Source: Vitrella brassicaformis CCMP3155
Taxonomy: Eukaryota; Protista; Chromerida
Length of the DNA stretch: 64,000 bases
Reading direction: 5' to 3'
Assembly: GCA_001179505.1 (NCBI GenBank)
Contig: CDMY01000376.1
Span: forward strand, 372,001-436,000
Shown one piece after another: positions 48,462-59,300 of this stretch. Under the pieces are notes generated by a model. That model made no database searches and had not been told where the DNA came from. It saw nothing but the letters and a program-made list of their open reading frames with translations. Position 1 is the stretch's first letter; each line of letters opens with the position of its first letter. A program made the translations under genes and the position numbers.

Positions 48462-51219
48462 TCAGGCGAAGTTTTTGAATGGGTTCCCACCGGTGCGTTC
48501 CAGCACCTCAGCCAACTCCAGGAATCTTTCTTCTTTCTCGTCCAGCTCAGCCGACACCTCACCCAACTGCCCCCACAAGGCACTCAGCTCGCGACCCGAC
48601 GCACCGCCGCCATCGATGGTCTGCTGCAAAGCCTCCTGCCGCCCCCTCAGCTGCTGGATAAGCTTAGGCAGGAGGTTGACCTCTTTCTTCTCCGCATTGC
48701 TCAGGGACGACTTGACGTTGACATTATTGGCTAGCGCTGCCGCTGCCGCTGCTGCTGGTGCTGCTGCTGGTGCTGTGGATGTCTCGCTGTGTCTGGCGGC
48801 TCTCTTGCTGTCTTTCCTGTCGGCCTCCTTCTCCATCTTCTGCTTTTCCCGAAAATAGTCCATGAACTCATCGAATGAGCAGTCATAGCGGCGGATGATG
48901 CCGTCGCCTTCGAATGAGAAGAGAGTGTCCGTCGTCCGGTCCACAAACGCACGATCTGCGTATGGATGGTGTACATCCGTTCATCGGCTGGGCTGTGCTG
49001 GGCTGTACGTGTCGATGTGTTGTGTATGTGTGTACTTAGCTACCATGTGAAGCGATGACAACCACACCAGGAAAGGTCTCCAAAAAGTCTTCGAGTGCAG
49101 AGATGGTCGCCAAATCTGACAAAACACCACCAGCCTGCCCGTGTCTCTCTCTCTCTGTCATCTCTCTTCACTCACCGAGGTCGTTTGTGGGCTCGTCGAG
49201 CAGGAGAAAGTTGGGCTCCTTGACCAGCACCGACAGCAGCTGCAGCCTTCGCTTCTCCCCGCCGCTCAGCCGATCCACATAGTCATACCACCGGGTAGAC
49301 GGAAACTGGAACTTGTTCAGCAGCACACGGACCCTCTCTTGCCGGCCTTCCAGGCTGCTCATGGCCGGAGACCCCACACCGAAACCAGAGCCACCTTGCG
49401 ATGATGCGTCGGCGGGCGTGCCGAGGTCCGACAGTTCCGATACCAAAAAGTCGAACAGGCGTGTGTTTGGCGGGAAATCGAGACCCGATTGGCTGTAGTA
49501 GCCGAAGCGGACTGTCTGGCCGACCTCCACATGGCCTGATGTGAGGGGCTGCTGGCCGGTCAGGGTGCGGCAGAATGTGGTCTTTCCACAGCCATTTTTC
49601 CCGACCAATGCAATTCTGTCGCGGGGCGCAAACTGCCACACGCACACACACGCTAACACAAAGAGATGACAGCCAGACGACACTGTGAGTCGGAATGCTC
49701 TCCCTGTTGACCTGGTAGGTGAATCCATCGAGTATGGTCTTGTCATCGAAGGCCACCGTAGCGTCCTCAAAGGCCACGATGAAGCTGCCGAGCCGCTGGG
49801 ACGCCTTAACGCTGCTCAACGCCACCGTCTGCCTCGACGTCCTCTGCGTCTCCAGCCCCTCCTTGACCTTCGTCTTCAGCTCCTCCACCTCTAGCAGCCG
49901 CAGCTTCGATTTTCGCTGCCGGGCTTTGGCGCCGCGTCGCAGCCACAGGATCTCCTTCTTGAGCCTTGACTGAGCCGATGCCAGTTGTGCCAGCTCGTTC
50001 TCCTCTATTTTGGCCTTTTCTCGAAGATAGTAGGCGTAGAGCGAGCCCTCGTAGCTGCCCTGGTAGACGTAGAGATCCTTCATGTCGATCTCGAAGACGT
50101 GGCTGGCGACCTTGTCGAGGAATGCCCGGTCGTGTGTGGCGATGAGCACCGCCATGTCGCCCGCTGCCACTGTCCTCTCCAGCCACTCGATGGCGAAGAA
50201 ATCCAGGTGGTTTGTCGGTTCGTCCAGCAGCAGCACGTCCGGCCTTCGGATGAGTGCCGACGCCAGCGCGACGCGCTTCCTCTCTCCGCCAGAGAGGTCC
50301 GATAGCAGCCGGTGCTTCAGCCCCTTGATGTCAAGCCCCTCGAGAACCTGGTCGATGTACGTCTGGACGGACCAGGCTTCCTCTGCCTCCATCTCTTTCA
50401 GTGCCCTCTCCATTGCAGCATTTGCCCTCATCCTGTCGTCTACCAGGTGGGCTGATGAGCCTGGATCATCCTGATGCATCCTGGCTTCGACGCCTTCGAG
50501 CTGCTGCAGCGTGTCGTAGTAGCGCCTCACTGTGGCGAGTATGGGCACGTCGGCTGACCAGATTGCGTCTTCGACGGTGGCCACACTCATGCTGATGGGA
50601 CCAGAGGGGCCTTTCAGTGACACACCATGCACCAGAGGGTCCTGCTCCACCTGGACACACACACACACACGCGCAGACAGGCACACGCAGAAACACAAGT
50701 GAATGCCTCACACGAGCGCCAGCTGCTGCCTTGTTTGTGTTTGCTTACGTAGACAACTGAGCATTGCCCTTGACGCTGCACTGTCCCCTCATATCCCTCC
50801 CTGTCGGCCAATACGCGCAATAATGTGGACTTGCCGCACCCATTCTTGCCCAGCAGAGCCACTCGCTGCCCTTTGTTCAGCGAGAAGCTGAGATCCTTGA
50901 ACTGATAGGTCTCGCCATCATTGGCCTTGCTGAGGTCCTTGACGACGATAAGCTCTGGCCCTGTCTGAGCCACGACAGCGTCCGCCATCCTGATGCCGAC
51001 TCTGCTGCTGGTGCTGCTGCTGCTGCTGTGCATTGGCCGCCGATGCAGATGGGGCACACGACGCAGTAGCCTGATGGGTGTGACGAAAGATGCTGGAGGC
51101 GTCCATCGCTGGGCAGCATGATAGGCTTCGCATCGCCAGCGCCAGAGGAAGATGAATAGCCATGACGTTGCGCGGATGAGATCTACCCACACCATCGCGA
51201 TGAGAACGAATTTGAACAT
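48462..51219 (-). CDS. uup: Bacterial-type ABC-F ATPase (Uup/YfmR-like) with bipartite plastid leader
   Basis: Two ABC cassettes ([28 protein letters not shown]; [26 protein letters not shown]), interdomain linker [10 protein letters not shown]-terminal coiled-coil tail and no TM domains. Leader ...[11 protein letters not shown]. Confidence 0.92.
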
Positions 51220-51250
51220 TTCCTTCCTGCTCAGAAGTGCAAGTCGGTCC

Positions 51251-51270
51251 AGGGTTTAGGGTCTAGGGTT
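51251..51270 (+). repeat. Short telomere-like cluster AGGG TTTAGGG TCTAGGG TT
   Basis: Lies 32 nt upstream of the Uup-like ATG (51219, minus strand). Confidence 0.6.
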
Positions 51271-51460
51271 CATAGGCCGACGAAGGGCGGACCGGCGTCG
51301 ACGACAGACGCGCATGACACGTATTGAATACAATACACGCACCAAAAGGTCTCTCTCGCTGTTATGAATGCATGCAGCCATGCACTGCACGCACTGCACC
51401 AGGCTATCTATGTCACACCCAGCGGAAGACAGATCTCAGTCGACCGACTAACGCACTCAC

Positions 51461-52915
51461 TCACAATCGGAATCCGAATATCCCTCCGATTATTCTCAAG
51501 ATGAAATTGCCGAACCGGCCGAACATCCGCACCATGGTCCGCAGGGCCGTCAGGTAGAGGGCGTTCTTGACTATCCGCCCCGCCATCTGCACCATCGGGT
51601 TGCTGAAGATCTCACTCAGTGCCTTGGGCAGGCTCGGCTGGGGAGGTGGCACATTGCCCTGCCCACCGCCCGTCGGCCCTCCCGCCCCCGGCTGCTGCTG
51701 CTGCTGCTGCTGCTGTCCGGCCCCCGCCTGCCGGAAGAGGTTCTCAAAGAGACCTTGGAAGGGCGGCGGGACGCCCGGGCCTCCACCCATGCCACCGAAG
51801 GGCTGCTGAGGGCCACCGAAGCCGGCTCCTGCTGGGCCCAGGTCCCTCTCTCCCACCTGCTGCTGGGTGGTGCGGCCGTCGGGGGTGCGTGTGGTGAGGA
51901 TGGTCTGCTCGATCAGACGGCCGTCACGCTGGATGATGACCCGCTGGTAGGAGGTGGATGAGGCCCCCATGCCGTTGAACCCACCCATGCCCATCCCCGG
52001 CATGCCGCCGGGGAAGCCGCCCATGCCGGGCATCCCAAACGGACCTCTCATCCCCCGCAGACCCCCAAATAATCGCATGAGCTCCTCGAGCTCAGCTTGG
52101 TTGACGCGACCGCCGAAAGCCCCCGGCCCCCTCCCTCCCGCGCCTCTGGCCCGCATGGCGGCCGAGAGGATCTCCTGGAGAATCTGATTGACACTCCTGT
52201 TGCCGAACATCTGGCGGAAGATGGCCTCGGCCTCCTCGGGAGTCATCCGGTGGCCGCCGGGGAACCCGCCAGGGAAGCCACCTGGGAAGCCGCCTGGAAA
52301 GCCCTGCGCACCTCCAGGGAAGCCTTGGGCGCCGCCTGGGAAGCCGCCTCCGCCACCTCCCATACCCGCACCGCCCCCTCCGAAGCTGCGGAACGAGTCG
52401 TATTGGCTGCGCTTGTTGCTGTCGGAGAGGCACTCGTATGCCTCGGCGATGTTGCGGAAATTCTTCTCGGCCTCTTCGCGCTTGTCGGGGTTTCTGTCTG
52501 GATGCCACTGACAATGACACGACACACACAGCCAACCCAACGCACACACGGACAGCAAGCAGACACATGAGGGCCAGAAAAGGCTTGCGGACATGAGAGC
52601 TGCAGGCATGTGTTGTCATCATATACCGACCTGAAGTGCGAGTTTTCGGTAGGCCTTCTTGATGTCGTCTTGACTGGCTCCCCTGTCGACGCCAAGACGT
52701 TCATAAAAGTCTTCAGAAGATGTGTTGGCGAACCACCGGTGCTGTGTGTGCGGCACCCGCGCCCTGCTGGCGATGATCCTCCGGAAGGACGGCAGCGCAG
52801 CGCACGCCGAAAGAGCGCGAACGCCACCAAATAAAACGGGCAGCGCAGCGCCATGGGTATGGGTCAGCAGCGGTGCTGCATGCCGCTGCAGGACATACCG
52901 CAGCTCTCTTCTCAT
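51461..52915 (-). CDS. Class B J-domain (DnaJ) protein with G/F-rich region and probable mitochondrial presequence
   Basis: [27 protein letters not shown]|WHPDRNPD...[19 protein letters not shown], followed by (GFPG)n repeats. R-rich N-terminus ending HRWFAN. One intron. Confidence 0.9.
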
Positions 52916-53150
52916 TGTCTTGATCTTGGGAAACAGTTGCTGAGCATCGCTCCTTCCACCATCGAAAGCCTTCTCACAGCTGAAGAAGTCTGATTTCTCA
53001 GTGTCACTCAGAAGCCCTTTGTGAAGACAGAGGCTATTAAGCTCGCGTTCCGATCGCTCCTCGGCGGAAAAAAGCTTGTAACGAATTGAACTGCGCAGGG
53101 CGTGGGTCAGGCAGGCAGGTAGCGAAACAGGATCGAAAAAGGGATTGTAA

Positions 53151-56043
53151 ATGGCGGTTTCTGTGCGGGTATCGTCGACGGTGCTGGCGGCCCCTCGAGG
53201 CACCCTGGCTCTCGTCCAGCGTCTGCCGACGGCCCCCCGAGGCGCCTCCGCCTCGAATGATTCATCGCAATCATCTCACTCTCTGTGGGGAGTTATGAAG
53301 CGAGGACGTTATTCAGGCCGAGATCTGCTTAGGACTGCTCCTCACTGCCGCACTGGCAACGCCAAAGTGGCATTTGCACGCATTATTCAGCAGCAGGTGA
53401 CGGAGGGCACTACACTCATGGCTGGATGGATGGATGCCTGTGATTGATTCCTCCTGTTGACTCATGTGCAGGGCCGGTATCACCGGTTCTTCAGCTCAGC
53501 GTCGTCTGCCTCGCCAGCCATGGCTGATGAGCAGGCTGTAGGCGCTTCCCCGACAGAGGAGGCGGCGGGCCATGAGCGTGGCGATGAGGCGGGCAGCGAG
53601 GGTGCAGCGAGTGATGCGGTGGCTGAGCCTAAGCAGAACAAGCGGCTGCTGTCGTGGGCGAAGCGCAGGGCTGACTCGTGGCTGCAGAAGGGATGGCTGC
53701 TCCAGTAAGTCAACACAGACAGACAGACCCATTCATGACGCCTGTCTGTCTGTCTGTCTGTCTGTCTTTTGGGGNNNNNNNNNNNNNNNNNNNNNNNNNN
53801 NNNNNNNNNNNNNNNNNNNNNNNNNNNNNNNNNNNNNNNNNNNNNNNNNNNNNNNNNNNNNNNNNNNNNNNNNNNNNNNNNNNNNNNNNNNNNNNNNNNN
53901 NNNNNNNNNNNNNNNNNNNNNNNNNNNNNNNNNNNNNNNNNNNNNNNNNNNNNNNNNNNNNNNNNNNNNNNNNNNNNNNNNNNNNNNNNNNNNNNNNNNN
54001 NNNNNNNNNNNNNNNNNNNNNNNNNNNNNNNNNNNNNNNNNNNNNNNNNNNNNNNNNNNNNNNNNNNNNNNNNNGGGGGGGGGGGGGGAAGCGTAGGATG
54101 CCTGAGATGCTTGTCGACTGGTATCAGAAGGTCCGGGCCGATGAGGCGGCCGCGAAGGTAAGCAAGCAACGCGGGAATGCATGACGAGAGGATACATACA
54201 TACATGGTTGTCGGGTCTGTCGGCCATTCCATTAATGCATTGCTTTCCCTCCCTCTTGTCAGTCAGAGCGGTTACGCAAGCGCGCCAGGGGCGCCCTTGA
54301 GAAGGCCATGAAGACTCATGGGTATCTATCACTCTATGGAACGAACACATACCAACCAACTCTTGCATGCATTCGTCCATCACGCCACGCCCTCTATGTG
54401 CTTGATGTGCTTGTGTGTGTGTCAGTGAGGCCGAGCCAGCGAATCTGCTGCAGTGGTACGAGATCCACCGAGAGAGGGTCCGGAAACAGAACATCATCAC
54501 CAAGGTTGGTGAGCGATTAAAGCTGGCGACAGAGAGTGAGTGAGCTGTGTCGACGGCGGCTGTGTGTTCTCTTATCGTCAGGCACGGCGCATCAGGAAGC
54601 GGCGTGCGCTGCAGCTGTGGCTGGACAACGTCAAGCTGTCCGAAGCCAAGTGAGTAGCGTAGTCAGTGAGCAATGGAGGGAAATAGATCGGTCTCGTGTG
54701 TCCTCTCGGCCTATCTCTCTGCTGTCCATCCATCCATCCATCCATCCATTCAGGAACGAAGCAGCTGACAAGGGTGTGGATACGGACGACTGGTCCGACC
54801 AGCAATTCATAGACTGGTAAGGCAGGCAGGCAGGCCGCCTGCTCGTGGTAGGAGCTGATAGCATGGCGGCCGTGCACCACACGTGAGAACACACACATCC
54901 ATCGTTATACGTGGCTACCATCAATGCCTCCCTCTTCTGTCTGCAGGTGTCTTGGTGAGCGGCGCGCTGCGTACGACGAGAAACAGCGGAAGCGGATGCT
55001 CTCGACGGCGAGACGAGTTCTCCGAAGGAGATGTAAGCACCGAAACATACACACGCATTGCATGTATCTGTGAAGGAGGGACCAACCTGTTGTGTGTGTG
55101 TGATCGCTCATGTCTGTCCCCAGTCGATTCGGGTGAGGTTGATTTGGACCCCGAGGAGGCGGCTGAGGAGCAGATGCTGGCCTGGTACCGGGAGGACAAA
55201 CGGCAAAAACTACTCCAAAGGGTATATAACATGAAAGGAAGGGAACCAACACTCGGTGGAGGTGTCTGTCGTTCATCGTGTCCATCTGGCTGGGCTGGGC
55301 TGTGCTGTGCTGTGCTGTGCTGTGTTGTGTGTATCCGTCTGTGTGTGCGTGTCTGTCCGTCTGTATGTGCAGGCGACCTCAGCAGGGAGGCGCGTGTCCA
55401 AAAAGTGTGAGAAAGATGGCACAGACCCCCCCATTGACATGGTAATCAATCATTCATTCAACCACACACGCCAACACACCACGAACCACCACACGAGGCG
55501 TCCACACAATTCTCTGCTGCTGTGATCTGATCTGCTTCTCTCGGCCTTTCTGCTGCCGCCTGCCTGCCTGCTTGTCTTGCTCAGAGCAATGCGCTTGACG
55601 ACGATGTGCTGCAGTGGTACAACACGGTCGTCCGACACAAAGAGGACCTACTCATCATAGAGGCCGACAGACTGGTGCGACAAGAGGAGGTAATGAATGA
55701 ATGCAATGCACGGACTGGACTGACTGGACAGACAGACGCAGCCAGACATACCACGTCACGTAATTTGGTCTCTCTGTCCACTGCATGCTTGCAGGAAGAG
55801 CATCAACACCACCAGCACCAGCACCAGCACGAGCCAGCGGCGAGCGAAGAAGAGCATCAGCATGCCTCCCAGCCCACCCACACACAGCCACTTCATCAGG
55901 AGAGGGCGCCAGTCAGCCTCAACGACCAGCCCAAGGACATCTGGGTGGGCGAGGAGGTGCTGCGGTCAGACGACGGTGACAAGTCTGCCAGGCAGCCGGC
56001 AGAGCAAGACAATGGCGGTGTGCAGATGCAGGCGCGGCACTAG
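53151..56043 (+). CDS. Hypothetical Arg/Glu-rich helical protein with dispersed L-x-W-Y repeats and probable mitochondrial presequence (spans an assembly gap)
   Basis: In-phase GT-AG exon chain: MAVSVRVSS...|[11 protein letters not shown]...LLSWAK...|MLVDWY...|NLLQWY...|...FIDW|...MLAWY...|VLQWY...QARH*. Some internal junctions are uncertain. Confidence 0.6.
53775..54074. other. Assembly gap (300 N) flanked by G homopolymer
   Basis: GGGG-N300-G15, lying inside an intron. Confidence 0.99.
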
Positions 56044-56221
56044 AGGGAGGGACTGCATGAGCGCGAGACTCTTACGCACATTTCAGACATATACATACAT
56101 ACATGCTGTGGATGAACAGACGCTTTGCAATGCAGTGTGGTCATGTTCCTGATGTTGCGGGACGTGCATTGCATTGAAACCCGCACCAACACACGACGAA
56201 AAGGCCCCTTCGCGCCGATCC

Positions 56222-56231
56222 GCGAGCTCGC
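56222..56231. promoter_or_regulatory. Candidate promoter element: palindrome GCGAGCTCGC upstream of Sec24
   Basis: Overlapping two-strand copy of the AGCTCGC motif, about 120 nt upstream of the ATG. Confidence 0.45.
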
Positions 56232-56350
56232 ACCCTCAGAGAGCCCTTCGGCATCGCAGAGACCTCATGGCCCGGCCTCCTTGACAGATCCCCCGAAAGA
56301 AGCGCCTGATCTGTCTGTTCGTGTGATCTGATCTCCCCTCTGGCCAGAGA

Positions 56351-59300
56351 ATGCAACAGGCGGCGTACGGCTACCCCAATGCGCAGCCCTACTCCACCCA
56401 GCAACAACAGTACCAGCAGCAGCCGCAGGGCGCCGCACAACCCCTCTCAAACCCATTCGGCGGCGGGGCGGGAGCGCCGGTTTTATCCAGCCCGTTCGGC
56501 ACCCGGCAGCAGCAGCCGCAGGCGCCTCAGGCGCCCAGTCAGCCCACACAGCAGCCACCTGGTGGTGGGTTCGGACAGCCGCCCATGGGCAAGGGCATCC
56601 CCCCGCCGCCCACCAGCGCACAAATGTACGCACAGTACGAACGACCCTTGTCTGATCAGATCTGCTGGGATGCGATGCGATGCAGGCAGATAGATGGATC
56701 CAGACAGACAGACAGACAGACAGACAGGCGTTGTGTTCACATCACATTCTCTCTCTGTTCTGTGTGTGTGGGTTTGTTGTGTGGTTGTGTTGCTTGTGCA
56801 GGGCTGCTGGTGGGTACGGCGCTCCTCCCGCCGGTGCGGCCCCCCCTCCCACCACGGCACACGCCCCTACTAGCTTCAAACACGGAGGAACCAGACCAGT
56901 AAGGAGGAAGGACACTACCTACCGTACCAACACACCAGCCCAGCCCAGCCCAGCCACCCCGTTTGTTTTGTTTGCCTACCCTACCATGCTCCTGTCTGTC
57001 TGTCTGTCTGTCTTGTCTACCATGCTATGGTGGTGTGGTGTCCACCTACCAGGGCTACTATCCGCAGGCTGCGGCCGGCGCTGTGTCCCAGACGGGGGCT
57101 GGGGGGTATCCCGAGTACCCGGGGGTCGGGGGACAGATGCCGGGGATGCCCGGGATGCCCGGACAGGCGGTCTCGCCCACACACGACGCGCAAGCGGAAG
57201 CCATCGCGGTCAGAGAGAGAGAGAGAGAGAGAGGCAGATCAGATCAGATCAGAGTGCCAGGTTGTGTTTATCCGTGGATCGGATTGCGTTGGTTGTTTTG
57301 TTTCCCCAGAAGGAGTGCGCTGAGTTCAACGCCCCGCCGACCTTTGTCAGGCCATCGCTCACCAAGTATGTTATGTTCGTCAGGCGGACCGCACACACAC
57401 ACACACATACGAGACGAGGAAAGCCCGAAAGGACAGACAGTCCCGCATCGTATGTATGTATCCTTATGCGGTGGGTGTATGTATTGTCTGTCTATAAGGT
57501 TCCCCAACTCTCAGAACATGAAGCAGAAGGCGAAAATACCATTAGGTGGGCAGGGCGTTTGCTTGCTTCCATGCGCTGTGCGCATTTCCCATGCATCCAA
57601 TCCGTCCATTCGCCCTGTCTGCCTGGCTGCCTGCAGGTGTGTTGTTCCAGCCGCTGGCCAGGAAGTATCGCGTACCAGCTGTCAACTTCGGATCTGTCGG
57701 TACGCAAACAAACCTGCCAGCCACCACACACCTCACGTGTAGCTGGCTGGCTGAATGTATGTCCGTTCGTGTGTGTGCCTGTGTGTGTGTGGGTGTGTGA
57801 CTCCCTCCGTCCCTCTTCTAGGGACGGTAGTTCGTTGCAAGAGGTGTCGGACGTACATCAATCCGTTTGTGCAGTGGGAGGCCAACGGCCGCCGGTGGGT
57901 CTGCAACCTCTGCGGCTACATCAACGACACGCCAAACCACTACTACTACAACCTAGACGAAACCGTAAGACAGACAGACCTACCAGACCAGACAGACAGA
58001 CCAGCGAGCGGCATGGCATACCAACAGACTCACTCAACGCACCACATCACATGTAATGTGTGTCTGTGTCTGTGTCTGTGTGTGTGGTCCATGTTATGTG
58101 TGGGACCACACACACCATGTTGTGTTGTGTTGTGTGTAGGGGAAGCGTGCCGATCGTTATGAGCGGTGTGAGCTGTCGACGGGGTCGGTCGAGTATATTG
58201 CACCGGGCGAGTACATGGTCAGGCCGCCGCAGCCACCCGTCTTCATGGTCAGCAAGGGATACAAGAGAGAATGAACAACGAGATGCATTAATAGATGCAC
58301 TCGACTGACTGCACATACCTATGGGTCTCGATGTGTCCTGGCGTCGCGGTGTGTGTCAGTTTGTGATTGACGTGACCCTTCCGGCCGTCAACAACGGCCT
58401 CGTCGACACCGTCGTCCACGCCATCAGGGTATGTCAACCAACGTCGCACTGGCGCCTGTCAACACACACACATGCCAGACAATCAATTGTCGTGTGTGTG
58501 TGTGTTTCAGACTGCGTTGCAGAGCGAGAAGCTGCCTGGGGGCTCGCGGACACAGATCGGTGAGTCTAGATGCTTGTATGTGTGTAGGTACTTTGGTGTG
58601 TGTTGTGTTGTCTTGTGTTGTGCCGTGGGGTGTCTGTCGTGTCGGATTGTGTTGTGTTGTGTTGTGTTGCGTTCGGATGATGAGTCTGAAATTATCACAG
58701 TTTGTGTGAGTGTGTCGTGCTGTTCACGGACTGAACCCCCGTGAAGCCGCGACGCCACACTGAACACACATACAGTTTCTGACGAACCAACACAGACAGA
58801 CAGACAGAGCCCATGTGTGTGTGTGTTCGTGCGTTCATGGCTGTCCACTCACACGCGTCCCTCCTCTGCCCTCTGTGTATACTCTGTGTGTCTGTCTGTG
58901 TGTGTATGTTGTGTAGGCATCATGACGTTCGACTCGTCGATTCACTTCTACAACCTCAACGGCGGCCTCGCGCAGCCGCAGATGCTGGTCGTGTCAGACC
59001 TAGAAGACCTGTTCCTACCTCTCCCCGTAAGCAGCTCTCGACGCAGCCGCCTGCCGGCCTGCCTCGGTGTAGCTGGCAGATGTGTGTCTGCCTGCCTGCC
59101 TGCCTGCCTGTGTCACTCAGGATGACATCCTCGTCAACGCGTCGGAGAGCGAGAAGGTGCGTGTGGCTCGGCTGCTCGTGGCATCATGGTCTTGCGGCTG
59201 TCGTGACCTTGTTCCTTCCTTTGTTTGTGTGTGTGTGTGTGTGTGTGCAGGTGGTGCAGGGTTTGCTGGACTCGCTGCCCAGCATGCATCGCAACACCAA

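Noticed and set aside
53733-54503. ORFs containing long X runs
   Set aside because: Artefacts of translating through the N gaps.
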